Both the position numbers and the translations under genes were made by a program. Below the pieces are notes generated by a model that saw nothing but the letters and a program-made list of their open reading frames with translations, made no database searches and had not been told where the DNA came from. A stretch of 64,000 bases of DNA from Mobula hypostoma (lineage: Eukaryota), in contig NC_086097.1 of NCBI RefSeq assembly GCF_963921235.1, forward strand, positions 82,152,001-82,216,000, read 5' to 3'. Of the stretch, positions 12,416 through 26,180 are shown piece after piece. Position 1 is the first letter of the stretch. Every line of letters begins with the position of its first letter.

Positions 12416-13617
12416 AGTCATACTTTATTGATCCCGGGGGGGAATTGGTTTTCGTTAGTTGCACCATAAATAATTAAATAGTAATAAAACCACAAATAAT
12501 TAAATAGTAATATGTAAATTATGCCAGGAAATAAGTCCAGGACCAGCCTATTGGCTCAGGGTGTCTGACCCTCCAAGGGAGGAATTGTAAAGTTTGATGG
12601 CCACAGGCAGGAATGACTTCCTATGACGCTCTGTGTTGCATCTCAGTGGAATGAGTCTCTGGCTGAATGTACTCCTGTGCCCACCCAGTACATTATGGGA
12701 TGGGAGACATTGTCCAAGATGGCATGCAACTTGGACAGCATCCTCTTTTCAGACACCACCATCAGTGAGTCCAGTTCCATCCCCACAATATCACTGGCCT
12801 TACAAATGAGTTGTTGATTCTGTTGGTGTCTGCTACCCTCAGCCTGCTGCCCCAGCACACAACAGCAAATGTGATTGCACTGGCCACCACAGACTCGTAG
12901 AACATCCTCAGCATCGTCCGGCAGATGTTAAGGGACCTCAGTCTCCTCAGGCAATAGAGACGGCTCTGACCCTTCTTGTAGACAGCCTCAATGTTCTTTG
13001 ATCAGTCCAGTTTATTGTCAATTCGTATCCCCAGGTATTTGTAATCCTCCACCATGTCCACACTGACCCCCTGGATGGAAACAGGGGTCACCGGTACCTT
13101 AGCTCTCCTCAGGTCTACCACCAGTTCCTTAGTCTTTTTCACATTAAGCTGCAGATAATTCTGCTCACACCATGTGACAAAGTTTCCTACCGTAGCCCTG
13201 TACTCAGCCTCATCTCCCTTGCTGATGCATCCAACTATGGCAGAGTCATCTGAAAACTTCTGAAGATGACAAGACTCTGTGCAGTAGTTGAAGTCCGAGG
13301 TGTAAATGGTGAAGAGAAAGGGAGACAAGACAGTTCCCTGTGGAGCCCCAGTGCCGCTGATCACTCTGTCGGACACACAGTGTTGCAAGCACACGTGCTG
13401 TGGTCTGCCAGTCAGGTAATCAAGAATCCATGACACCAGGAAAGCACCCACCTGCATCACTGTCAGCTTCACCCGCAGCAGAGCAGGACGGATGGTGTTG
13501 AACGCACTGGAGAAGTCAAAAAACATGACCCTCACAGTGCTCGCTGGCTTGTCCAGGTGGGCGTAGACACGGTTCAGCAGGTAGACGATGGCATCCTCAA
13601 CTCCTAGTCGGGGCTAG
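12416..13617 (-). mobile_element. 5'-truncated Rex1/Babar LINE inserted in the Gypsy LTR region
   Basis: FFDFSSAFNTI, TGAPQGTVLSPFLF, KFSDD and LNVKKTKELVVD; nearly identical to 16071-17006. Confidence 0.92.
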
Positions 13618-13920
13618 TAAATATACTTCCTTTATGATGCTGGTTAATGTTGGTAAATATACTTCCTTTATAATTTTGTGCCCGTCATTTCTTGGCAACT
13701 GATAATTGTGTATGAGGTAGTATTTACACAGCATTCGCTACAATCAATGCTCCTTAACTAGAACATACCAACTTTCCTGTTTGGTTGAACCTCAAATCAT
13801 ACTGACCTTAGATGCACATTGCTTATAAAAGGTGGCCTTCGCACCGCTGAGTCATGTGGCTGTTAGCAGAGTTAGCTAATGAGCCGAGTTTGTATATGAG
13901 CCCAGTGAGAGGGTTGCATG

Positions 13921-13938
13921 TGGGGGCTTGTCTAGGAT
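13921..13938 (+). other. Primer binding site, tRNA-Pro type
   Basis: tgggggcttgtctaggat resembles TGGGGGCTCGTCCGGGAT with CpG-type changes and sits just after the LTR-terminal CA. Confidence 0.8.
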
Positions 13939-14170
13939 CTGACACTGTGTGAATGCTCTACAAGCAGTTTCTTTGTGTGTTAAAGTCAGTGTTTAAACTA
14001 GTGTTTGTGGAAAGTAAGGTGTGTCGTAATTGAGGTACTTTATTATGGATGCCCCAGAGATTAAGGCTTGGTACGATTCTGAAAGCATATCCATGAGCAA
14101 CGCTTGTGTTCTGAGTGGGACGGATGTTTGAATTCCTGCCAAACTGCTACCTAGAGTGCTGAGTTCTGTA

Positions 14171-15837
14171 CAGGTGTCCCCTGCTTTTCGAACGTTCGCT
14201 TTATGAAACCTCACTGTTACGAAAGACCTACATTAGTTCCCTGTTTTCGCTAACAGAAGGTGCTTTCACTGTTACCAGAAAAGCAGCGCGTGATAAAAGG
14301 CAGCACGCAAAAAAAAGCAGCGCACGCCCCGAGCAGCCGCTCTCCCCCGGATTCGGAACGGCATTCTAGCCGGCACTGCTTAAACACATGCCTGTGAGCA
14401 GCTGTTAGAAAGATGGGTTCTAAGGTATCGGAAAAGCCTAAAAGAACTCGTAAGGGTGTTACATTTAGCGTAAAACTAGACATAATTAAGAGTTTCGATC
14501 GAGTTGAACAAAGTAAGGACAAAGTGAGTTTGGCTTGTGGAAGATGACGAAGATGACGTTGAAGAGGTTTTGGCATCCCATGACCAAGAACTGATAGATG
14601 AAGAGCTGATGCTATTGGAAGAGGAAAGGATAACAATTGAAACCGAATGCAGTAGCGAACGGACCGAAAGTGAAGTCGGCCAGAAACTGAACGTGAAGCA
14701 ACTGCGTGAGATTTTCGCTGCAACGATAAGTACGACTTTAATTTTGAAAGGGTATGTCGGTTTAGGGCATATTTGCAAGATGGTTTACAAAGAACTGTAT
14801 AATAGAAAAATGCGCGAGGCTCAGCAGTCAAGCACACTGTCGTTTTTCAAGCCTTCCACATCAGCCACAGCTGACGACAAACCTTGACCTTCGACATCGA
14901 GGCAGGCAAACATAGAACAAGATGACCTTCCTGGCCTGATCAATGATGAGATGACACCCGTGTCCCACCACCCCAACCCCCAGGCCGCGGACAGATACCA
15001 ATTCACGTAGAATGCAGCAGTAGCCAGGAGGCACCCAGCACATCTTTAAGAAAAAAAAGCCAAAATAAACAAGCTAATTAATTAGGTGCCGCCCGACATG
15101 TAAATGTCAGCCTAGATCAGAGGCGACGCAATCGGCAATCGCCTCTGATCTGGGCTGACATTTACGTGCCGGACGGCACCTAATTAATTAGCTTGTTTAT
15201 TTCAGCTTTTTTCTTAAAGATCTGCTGGATGCGTCCCAACTACCACTGTACCCCTGCATGCTTCGTGGATCGGTATGGTTCGCTGCATGGAGGGTGGGGG
15301 CCATTGCACCACCCCAACCTCCGCCAACTCAGCCTAACACACCATCATCAGTGTGCTCGGTGCTGTCCCAATTCCAGTAAGTGACACTACACTGTACATA
15401 CATTATTTCTACTTTATATCGGCTGTGTATTTTTGTGTGTTATTTGGTACGATTTGGCAGCTTCATAACTTAAAGGTTACTGGAGAGCGCTTGTGTGAGA
15501 TTTTCTGCCGACGGCGCTTGTGCCGTGTTTCTGCCGACAGCGCTTGCATGAGATTTTCGCTACGGAGAACAGTGCAGCAATGATTGTGGAAAAGTACAAG
15601 GTATTTCTACTTTATATAGGCTGTGTATTCATCATATCATTCCTGCTTTTAATATATGTTACTGTTATTTTAGGTTTTATGTGTTATTTGGCATGATTTG
15701 ACAGGTTATTTTTGGGTCTGCGAATGCTCAAATTTTTCCCATAGAAATAAATGGTAATTGCTTCTTCGCTTTATGACATTCCGGCTTACGAACCGTTTCA
15801 TAGGAACGCCCTACCTTCCGATGGCGGGGGAAAACTG
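14171..15837 (+). mobile_element. Internally deleted Tigger/pogo DNA transposon
   Basis: TA on both flanks; imperfect TIRs caggtgtcccctgc / gcgggggaaaactg; N-terminal MGSKVSEKPKRTRKGVTFSVKLDIIK (CENP-B-type HTH) joined to the acidic C-terminus EDDVEEVLASHDQEL; no DDE core. Confidence 0.88.
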
Positions 15838-16070
15838 TAAAAGTATTGGGGAAAGTTATGCTGATAGAATGGTGTTTTGACCAATCAGCTGATAAGGATG
15901 TCATGTTAGGCCAGACTACCAGTGACGTGATTGAAATTGTGCTGCCCAATAAGATAGAGGCACCTGGAAAGGTGGAGCCATGGCCAGTTCATAGCTCTAG
16001 AGAAGTGGGGTATGCAGCTAAGGGTGAAGACTTTACAGCCAAGTGTTCTTGTTGCTGCAAAGTGAGGGGA

Positions 16071-17006
16071 AGTCATAGTCATAGTCTTACTTTATTGATC
16101 ATGGGGGAAATTGGTTTTCGTTACAGTTGCACCATAAATAATAAATAGTAATAGAACCATAAATAGTTAAATAGTAATATGTAAATTATGCCAGTAAATT
16201 ATGAAGTAAGTCCGGGACCAGCCTATTGGCTCAAGGTGTCTGATCCTCCAAGGGAGGAGTTGTAAAGTTTGATGGCTACAGGCAGGAGTGACTTCCTATG
16301 ACGCTCTGTGTTGCATCTAGGTGGAATGAGTCTCTGGCTGAATGTACTCCTGTGCCCACCCAGTACATTACATAGTGAATGGGAGACATTGTCCAAGATG
16401 GCATGCAGTTTAGACAGCATCCTCTTTTCAGACACCACCGTCAGAGAGTCCAGTTCCATCCCCACAACATCACTGGCCTTACGAATAAGTTTGTTGATTC
16501 TGTTGGTGTCTGCTACCCTCAGCCTGCTGCCCCAGCACACAACAGCAAACATGATAGCACTGGCCACCACAGACTCGTAGAACATCCTCAGCATCGTCCA
16601 GCAGATGTTAAAGGACCTCAGTCTCCTCAGGAAGTAGAGACGGCTCTGACCTTTCTTGTAGACAGCCTCAGTGTTCTTTGACCAGTCCAGTTTATAGTCA
16701 ATTCGTATCCCCAGGTATTTGTAATCCTCCACCATGTCCACACTGACCCCCTGGATGGAAACAGGGGTCACCGGTACCTTAGCTCTCCTCAGGTCTACCA
16801 CCAGTTCCTTAGTCTTTTTCACATTAAGCTGCAGATAATTCTGCTCACACCATGTGACAAAGTTTCCTACTGTAGCCCTGTACTCAACCTCATCTCCCTT
16901 GCTGATGCATCCAACTATGGCAGAGTCATCCGAAAACTTCTGAAGATGACAAGACTCTGTGCAGTAGTTGTCATTATTGCAGTAGTTGTCATTGCAGTAG
17001 TTGTGC
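16071..17006 (-). mobile_element. 5'-truncated Rex1/Babar LINE inserted in Gypsy gag
   Basis: ORF 16223-17008 is an uninterrupted RT C-terminus; short (AGTCAT)n tail at ~16071-16086. Confidence 0.92.
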
Positions 17007-20000
17007 AAGGAGTTGTCAGAGAAGAGGTCTAATAAGTCCTTCAGTTGTTGCTTTAAGGTCTGAGCTGGTTTTGGTTATGACATCACTGGCTGATAAATGG
17101 CAAGGTGTACCTGCAGAGAGCTGAGCATGTCACTGGAGTTAGGCCCACACGCAGTGCAGAAGAAAACAATTCCTGGGCTGAGTAGACATCTCAGTTACTG
17201 AATGAATAGCAGTGCTCAGATAATATGAAAAAACAGAACCTGGTAGAGTTTAAAGGGTCCAGCGGCTCATATAGTGAGGTTCCTAAAGGCAGAAACCCCA
17301 TTAGCCACATCAGCCAATCACACACAAGCTCTGAAAGATGCTTTTGGCACTACTGAAAGTTCAGCCAATCTTATGTTGAAATTGAGGCACACATTCCAGG
17401 GGGAAGGAGAGAGCTGTCTGCCTAACTTTTCCGGTTGGAAAAGCTGCTGCAGGGTTTGGGCCACAAAGGGAACATTCAACTGTCTGAGAGAAATTGCTTG
17501 AGGGTGGAGCAACTTGTGAAGGGCACACTGTCACATGATGTGATTGCTCTACGTATTCGAACGATCCACAAGGTGTGCCCTCCTCCATCTTTTACCGAGT
17601 TACTCAGGGAAGACAGAGAGGAGGAAAACATGATTGAGAAGTGGTACATTTCCAAAAGCAGTGCAGGGTCTTCAGTGGTAGCCTCTGTTGCTAAAGTGAC
17701 CCCCTATACCACGGAGATAGATAGACCTTTTGAGGAATGAGGTGAAAAGCCTTTGAGCTGAACTAACTCGATGGATATCTGCTAATGTTTCAGCTAAACG
17801 TGACACGTGCTTTGGGAAACCCAACCCACCTGTAGGACTTGCTATGCAGAGGAATGCTGCTAAAAAGGGTCTTTTGACTAAAGAGGCGACTGGTATTTTC
17901 TGTTTCAGCTGTGGAGAAGATGGACATTTCAAAGGAAACTGTGAGGGACAGCAAAATCTTCAAGAAGTCAGTGTTTAGTCACAGAGGAAAAGAAGCAAAA
18001 CTACAGAGGGACCCAGTAAAGGCACAGCCTAGCATCTCAGAGAACACATTCCAATCAGTGTATTAAAGGAAATTATAAAGTGCAAAACACTATTTCTGCA
18101 GGTTTAGTGGGACCAAGCTCTGATGTATCTATATTGATGGAAGGTATTGATGCTAGAGCCATACTGGACACAGCTTCTCAAATTATTTTATAGATCCTTT
18201 TACAGCCAGTATTTGACGCATTTACCATTGATGCCTCTCAGTGCCCTTGAGATTTGGAGGCTCAGTACTGATGAGTACCCGTACGATGGCAAAACCAGAG
18301 TTTTTGGAAGCAGATGTTGGAGTAACTGAGACTATTGATACACCAGTGTTGGTCTGCCCAGATCCAGTTGAAAAAGATGAAATTTCTATTCTTGTAGAAA
18401 CAAATACTCCCATTGTGAGAAGGATTGCGGGAGCATTAAAGGAGAGAAATGGGGAGAATATTTTGAAAATTTTGTTCATTCAGCTGGTGTTCAGAGTTGC
18501 TTTTGAGACGTTCCTCCTGAGCAAAATGCTCATTCTGCTGAGCATTAATCAGGAACAGTGTGGTACATCCAGTCTATTCGTTTGTTAAAGTTGAAATGTT
18601 GGTAAATATACTTACTTCATAATTTTTTGCTGGTGTACGATCTATCATTTCTTCGTGACCGATAATTGTGTATGGGGTGGTATTTACTCAGCATTCATTA
18701 CTATCAATAGTCCTTAACCGGAGCATCCCAACTTTTCTGTTTGGTTGAACCCAAATCATACTGACCCTAGACATATATTCCTTCTGAAAGGTAACTTTCT
18801 CAGTATGTAGCTGTTAACAAAGTTAGCTAATGAGCCAAGCTTGTAAGAGGGTTTGTGACAGAGCTGGACTTGATGGTGCAAATCTATGATTAAATTAAAG
18901 AACTGCAACCCTTGAGCAGGTCAGGCAGCATACGCCAAAGGGGAGTGATTCTTTATTCGGAAATGGAGAAATAAGAAATGCGCTTCTTATTTAAGTTGCA
19001 GAGAGCAGAAGGGTAGAAAAAACAAATGGAATATCTGTGATAGGTGCAAGTATTGTCCAGATGACAATACTTCCGGAGCCATATAGGGGCAATTAATGAA
19101 TGATAAGATGAATAGGGGCAATTATAAAGATAATAATATACAAAAAAAAGGCATAATGCACTGGGAGAGGCACAACAGACCAATTATTAGAAACCTGGAA
19201 CAAAAGAGAACACTATAAATACTTAGCAGATCAAGTGGTATCAGTGGAGAGAAAAAGAGACAGAAAAAGTTAAAACAGTTTCTGACAAATGGAAAAGGTG
19301 TTATCTAAAATTGTAGAATTCAATATTGTATCCCATAGGTTGCAATGTGTCCAGACAGATGTGACAGGTTCTCAAGCTTGGATAGAACTTCATTGGAAAA
19401 TATAGGCACCTCCAATTATGTCACTACCTTATCCTAACTTTTCTCACCAGAATACAAAACATACTTGTTCCTTATTTCTCTAATTCTGATGAAGGATTAT
19501 TGGCCCTGTAACACTGTTTCTCTTTCTGAAGTGCTGCCTGACCTTTTGAACATTTCCAGTATTTTCTACTTTATCTTGTGTCCATTGACATTTCATAAAA
19601 TATTTGTTTTATTTCTAATCTGTACAGCTAAATTTCATATAATCACAATGGCAAAAGATGAGGAACTTGCATTTTCACAAATAGCAGGTTGAATAAAACT
19701 TGCATAAATGCAAGAAAACCATTGTATATTTCAATTTCCTCAATCCGCTTCTGCTCTCTAAACCAGCCTCTATGTTGGGCAGCACTGGGCTCAATAAATA
19801 ATACTACATGATAAAACAGAAAGAAAACGGTCAACATTTCTTTTACTGATTATTTAAAAAGCCACTGAAAATTAATGCACATGAAAGATAAAAGCAAGCT
19901 TGAAGCCAGTATTTCCTTCTGATAAGTAAGCAGCTCCCAATGTCAGTCTGCTTGGTTGTGAAGTGCAAGATAACAGCATCAAACCAGCATCCAAAATAAG

Positions 20001-20169
20001 TGAGTCATAATTACTACCTTCAGAATGGAAAGTTAAAACGGCAGGGTGGATGGACTTCTCAAACTTTCTCCTCACTTGCATCAACAGAATGCTGTAACCA
20101 GAATTCCTGACTGCTCTATCTCAATTTCCTCAGTGCCTTTTCCTGCTTTCTTAAACTAGGACATAGTGT

Positions 20170-21680
20170 CAGCATTAACAGAGGACATGGAGGAATATGA
20201 CACTAAAATGGGGCATGCTAATGTTTCAAGGATTTTTCGATCAAGGAACTTGCTGCTGGGTCTGTTGAAGAGCATTCAGGCTGACAAGCTGCCTCCCCCC
20301 ACCCCCAGATCCCGATTACCAGGTTTTTGAAACAGGGAAGGGAGTAGTTTCATGATCTCTATATCCTCATTAAAAACAGGTTAAGACCAAGAAGTCTGGA
20401 GAGAGCTGAAGTTGTTCCATACTTTAAGGGAAAAAGGGATGATAATCCAAGAAATCGTAGGTCAACGAATCTCACTTTGGGGGGAGGAAAACTGCTGGAG
20501 AGGATTCTTATGAATAGGATTAGAGCACATTTTATAAACATGGTTAATCAGGGACCATCAACATGGCTTTGTGGGGAGTAGGTCATGTCTTGCAAACTTG
20601 ACTGAAAATTTTTTTTATGATGACAAAGGTGATTGATGAGAGCAAGACAGTGGATATTCTCTACGTGGACTTCAGTAAGGTATTTGACAACGTCCCTCAA
20701 TGTTTGCTGATCTTGCATAGAAAGATGCATGACAGTTTGGATTCAGAATTGGCTTGCCCATGATAGAGAGAGAGTAGCGGTGGAAAGATGTTATTCTGGC
20801 TGAATGTGTGATCAGTGATCTGGTGTTGGAATCTATGTTGCTGAAAATATATATATGAATAACTTAAAATATGGATGGGGTGGGATTGTAAGTTTACAGA
20901 CAGTGTAAAATGATTAGAGTTGTGGACAGTGTAGATGGCTATCAAAGAATACAACAGGGATGTAGAGCAGCTGCAGATGTAGATGGAGAAGCGGCAGATG
21001 GCGTTAAAGCTGAGGTGTTGCACTTTGGGAAGTTAAGTGCGAGGAGAAAGTATAGTTACTAGCAGGACCCTTAACAATGTTGATGTACTGAGGGATCTTG
21101 AGGTCCAAGTCCGTAGCTACCTCAAAAGTGGCCAGACGAGTGTAGTGTAGAGGAGGAATATGGCATGCTTAATTCATTGGTCAGGGCATTGAGCATAAGG
21201 AAGTCATTTTGCAGTGATACAAAACTTTGATTAGGCTGTATATTGAGTATCGCAGTTAATTCTGGCTTTGGAAAGGGCAGAGAAGAGGTTGACTATGATG
21301 CTGTCTGAATTAGGAGAGGCTGGAGAAACTTGGGCTGTTTTCTCTGGAGTGTCAGACTGAGGGAAGGCCTGATAAAAATCTATCAAATTATGAGAAGGAC
21401 AGTCAGATTAATTAGTACTTTTCCCAGGATAGAAATGTCAAATATTGAAGGACATGTATTTAAAATGAGAGGGGGAAATGTTTAGATGAGATGTTGGGCC
21501 AAGTTTCTTCCTTTTAAAAAAAAATAACAGAGTGGTAGGTGACATATGTCATGAATATGCAAGGAATGGAGAGATCTGGATAATGGACAGACAGAAGAGA
21601 TATAGTTTGATTTGGCATCACGTTCAGCAGAGATATTGTGGGTCAAGGATCTGTTCCTGTGCTATACTGTTATATATTCA
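20170..21680 (+). mobile_element. Old degenerate CR1 RT/3' end
   Basis: Decayed QHGF..RSCL, YVDFSK.FD and 3' UTR motifs with many stops and indels. Confidence 0.75.
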
Positions 21681-22469
21681 TTGCCACTTCATTAAATACT
21701 TGATGGCATGAGAGTTATACTGTGGATCTAGGAATCCAGAGACATGTACAAGTAATGAAAAAATTTACAGTTACTTAAATGTATCGGCAATTAATAAATG
21801 GTCAGCATTGATAAAGTGATCCAATGTTCATAAAATATTCTCTGACTCCTGTCTCCTTTGACAAGAAATGAGATGTTCAAGACTTCTCACTGCCCCTCTG
21901 CTTTCTGTGGGCAAGTCAATTCTGAATCCACTCAACCAAGGACACCACGGACACCATGCCTCATGACTTTCTGCATAAGCCTACCATGGAGAACCTCATC
22001 AAATGCCTTAAAAACCCATACACACCAGCTCTACTGCTGTACCCTTATCAATTTATTAGTTGCCTCCTCTAAAAGCTCAGTCAGGCTTGTGATGCACAAC
22101 CTGTCACAAATCAATGCTGACGACCCCAATAAAACTGCTTCTCTAAATGCTCATAAATCCTTTCCCTAAGAATCCTCTGCATTAGTTTGCCCATCTCCAT
22201 AAAACTCACTGGTCTTTAATTCCCAGGATTATCCCTATTACAGTTCTTGGACAATGGAACACTGCCATTCTCCAATCCTCTAGCTCTACTCTTGTGGCCA
22301 GGGAAGACTCAAGGATCATCGTCAACTCTCCAGCAACCTATTCTTTTGCTTCCTGTGTAACCTGTGGTATATTCCATCGGGCCCCAGGAAATCATCTATC
22401 CTAATTTTTTTTTCAGAAGCTCCAACACTGCCTCTATCTTAACCGGAATAAAAGGGAAACGTTTAATAG

Positions 22470-25400
22470 GTCAGAATCAGATTTAATATCACTGGCATAT
22501 GACATGAAATGTGCTATTTTACAGCAGTACATTGCAACACATACTTATTCAAATATCTTGTAATTTATAGATTTTTATTAAGTAGTGCAAAAAGAGAAAA
22601 AAGTGAGGTAGTGCACATGGGTTAATTGTCCACTCAGAAATCTGATGATGGTGGGCAAGAAGCTATTCCTGAAACAATGAAGTACCTGTACCTCCTCCTT
22701 GATGGTAGCAATGAAAAGAGGGCATACCCTGGGTGATGAGGGTCCTTAATGATGGATGTTGTCTTTTTGGGCATCGCCTTTTGAAGGTGTCCTTGATGCT
22801 TTGGAGGCTTGTGCCCATGATGGAGCTGGCTGAGTTTACAACTTCCCTGTAGCTTTTTCTGATTTTGTGCCATGGCCCCTCCGTACCAGATGGTGATGCA
22901 ATCAATTAGAATGTGCTCTACGGTACATCTGTACACATTTAGATGGAGTGGCTTAGGAGGAGATAATGCGCCTAATGACAACTCCTTTGCTTGCATCTTC
23001 GGAAACAGCTTTATTTCCATCTTTAATATCTCTGTTTTTCCCTTTCAGGGTTCTTTTGAAGACCGTGACCTGGAGTTACACGCTGACTATGGTTCTTTGT
23101 GGGAATGAGACCCGCTCTCGGGGTTTCACGACTGGCCGTTATTCGGCACGCGAAGGGGACGGCCTCAGAGCTTCGCTTGCCTTCAGAGGTTCCAGATTTC
23201 ATGCCTCTGGAGACCCCGGGGGGGGGGGGGGAGGGTGAAATCGGAGGTCAGTGTCCAGGCATATCAGTGTGTTGTGGGAGATGGAAAATCTAAGGCTGTG
23301 CGCCTAGAGACCCAAGATCTTTGGGCACAGAGCTCAGACACAATGATGCAATGGACTTTTAACATCGTAAACCAGCAAGTTGTTTGTTATGTCTCCCCTT
23401 TCGCTGTGAGACACCTCTTTCTCCCTTTTTAGGGAGAGAGAGAGAGAGAGCCTGTGGTATGTTGAATACCGGGTGAGCGAGTAGTCTTTGGAGTACTGCA
23501 AGTCTGTGTCTTTGCTATTGTTCTGCTCACGTTTGAGTGCTCAGTGGTGGGTGCTGATGCTTTTTTTTCCAGTGGGGGGGGGTCATTGCTTGTTGGCGCT
23601 TATGCACGGGAGGGAGGGAAGCTGGGAGGGACTGTGGGGTTCTAACATTTAACTGTCATTCACTCTTTGGGGGCGCTCCTCTGTTTTCGTGGATAGTGTG
23701 AAGAAAAAGCATTTCAGGATGTATACTGTATATGTTTCTCTGATATTAAATGTACATTTGAAACCTTTGATTTACAAGAGTCTTTGGTGACAGAGCAAGT
23801 CTTCTCAAACTCCAAATGAAATATAATCACTGCCAAGCCTTCTTTGTAATTGCATCTTTATGTTGGGTCCAGCATAGACCTTCAGAGATATTGACACTCA
23901 AGAACCTGAAACTGATTTCCAGGTGAATACCAATTAGTGGGCTGGGGGGGTTTGGGTGACCGGTTAAAATTTTGTGAAGGGAGGATTTGGGGGTGTTTGG
24001 GGTTTGCAAGTCTTTCTTTCAACTACTTATATGGTTTTCTGCATTCTCTGGCCACCCGGAGAAGACAAATGTCAGTGTTGTATTCTGCATACATACTTGA
24101 TTATAAAATGAACCTTTGAACTTTTTGAACCTTTGAAACTGCTCATCCTTTCCACTGCTGATACCTTGATGTGTACTGGCGTGTTGTTTCCTTAGCTTCC
24201 CCCTTCCTGAAGTCCACAATCAATTTCTTGGTGCTCCTGACATTGAGTGAAAGGTTGTTGTTTCAATGTCACTCAACCAGCTAATCTATCTCACTCCTGT
24301 ACGCCTCTTCGGCATCATCTGAAATTCTGCCAACAACAGTTGTGTCACTGGCAAATTTATAGATGGCATCTGAGCTATGTTTAGCCACACAGTTGTGGGT
24401 GTAGAAAGACTAGAGCAGCGAGCTCAGCACAAAACCTTGAGGTGTCGATTGTCAGTGAGGAAAACATGTTATTTCCAATCTGCACTAACTGTGGTCTCCC
24501 GAAGAGGAAGTTGTGGATCCAGTTTTAGAGGGAGGGGTGGGGCCGAGGATTTGGAGCTCATTTATTAGTACTAAGGGAATGGTGGTGTTGAACACCGAGC
24601 TGTCATCAACAGTCAGCTGGTGTAGGTATTGCTATTGTCTAGGTGATCCAAAGCCAAGTGAGGATCCATCTGCAATAGACCTATTGTGGCAATAGGCAAA
24701 CTGCAGCAGGTCCAGGTCCTTGCTTAGGCAAGAGTTGATTCCGCCCATGACCACCCTCTCAAGGCATTTCATTACACCATCAGGGCCTGGCTCCTTGCAA
24801 GGGTTCACCATCATGAAGGATGCTCTGACATTGGCCTTTGAGACCGTGATCTCAGGGTCACCAGGTGCTGCAGGGATCTACACAGGTGTACTTTTATTCT
24901 CCATTTGAAAGCGTATATAAAAAGCATTGAGTTCACCTTGGAGTAAAGCATCACAGCTATTCATGTTGCTAGGTTTCACCTTGTAGGAAGTAATAACTTG
25001 TAAGGGCTGACCTGCATCTGATTCCAGTTCTAACTTCAATCCGAATTGATTTTGCACTCTTAAGATGGTCTTCTGTAGGTTGTACCTGGATTTCTTCTAT
25101 AGTTCTGGATCTTAAATGCCACAGATCTAGCCCTCAGCAGACAATGAATCGCCTGGTTCATTCGCAGCTTTTGGTTTGGCTATGTCTGGTATGTTCTTGA
25201 AAACAGAACTGAGACAGAACTGTCACATCTGAGTAACACAATAAGTTAATCATGAAACATGCTCCCCCTCATCTACCTTTAAAAGACTCGATTGACCTGT
25301 CTTTGTGGAGAATGGTGAAACCATCAGGCTGCAGTGCTGTATCTGAAATTGCGAAAGAGAGCCATGTTTTGTGAAGCAAAGTATACAACAGTCCCTAATC

Positions 25401-25720
25401 TCCCTCTGGTACTTCAATCTTGCTTTGAAATCTTCAGTTTTATTTTCCAGAGACTGTACATTGGCCAGGAGGATAGTTGCAGCTGGGGTTCTAAGGCCTC
25501 TGCTTTTCAATTGTACCTGTAGACCAGTACACCTTCCATGCTTCCATTTTCGTAATGGGGAACTGCACTCACGACCTGAGACTGCTGCCAGGGTCTGTTG
25601 ATCTTGAGGATCAATAGATTTTTTTTAGAACATCTTAAAATGATGTTTCTTTCTGAATTATCCATGGCTGTGGCTGGAGTAGTCCTAAATTGGAATATTT
25701 GTTGAGTCCCGTTGGAGCGG
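22470..25720 (-). mobile_element. Fragmented Rex1/Babar LINE(s), from the APE N-terminus (~25500) to the 3' UTR (~22470)
   Basis: ILLANVQSLENK..IRDCCILCFT (APE start), DLLQFAY, IIKDPHHPG.ALFSLLPS; interrupted by other repeats. Confidence 0.75.
22940..23770 (+). repeat. Unclassified non-autonomous retroposon with a LINE-like 3' tail
   Basis: GC-richer non-coding insert with G-runs and (GA)n. It ends in ttcaggatgtatactgtat..attaaatg..tttgaaacctttga, resembling Rex-type 3' ends, and splits the minus-strand Rex copy. Confidence 0.5.
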
Positions 25721-25779
25721 CATGCAAAGAGTCACCACTTATCAACATAATTTTCAGGACAGTATTGCTGACCTATTTA

Positions 25780-26180
25780 TTAATAGGTCAGGACCTTATT
25801 CCTTGGAACATAAAATAATGAGGGGAGACATTATACATGCATTCACCATTACGAGGGGCATAGATGGGATGAATGCATGCACTTTTCCTCTCATGTTGGC
25901 TGACAGTAGAAATAGAGGTCATAGATTTACAGTGAAAAGTGAAATATTTAAGGGGATCTTTTGCACTCAGAAGGTGGCGTGAGTATGGAACGAGCTGCCA
26001 GAAGAAATGATAGATGTAGGTTCAACTGAAACTTGGATAGGTACATACATAGGAGAGGTACGGAGGACTATTATCTGGGTGTAGGTAGGTGAGACTAGAC
26101 AGAGGACCCAGATGGGCACTGACTAGATGGGCCAAAGGGCCTGTTTGGGTGCTGCAATACTCTTATGATTCTATGACTAT
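25780..26180 (+). mobile_element. CR1 3' fragment
   Basis: YSLE..MRGD, RNRGHRF and WNELPE; tail ttatgattctatgactat. Confidence 0.8.

Larger units (their letters stand above)
11960..18860 (+). mobile_element. Decayed Gypsy LTR retrotransposon with PNMA-like gag and protease, pol largely deleted, interrupted by two Rex1 copies and a Tigger
   Basis: Matching LTR segments at 13648-13918 and 18597-18860; PBS at 13921; gag from ATG 14045; CFSCGEDGHFKGNC knuckle at ~17900-17941; AILDTAS protease motif at ~18160. The LTR start near 11960 is uncertain. Confidence 0.85.

Noticed and set aside
14045..18020. Domesticated PNMA gene
   Set aside because: Flanked by LTRs and a PBS, with stops, frameshifts and insertions.
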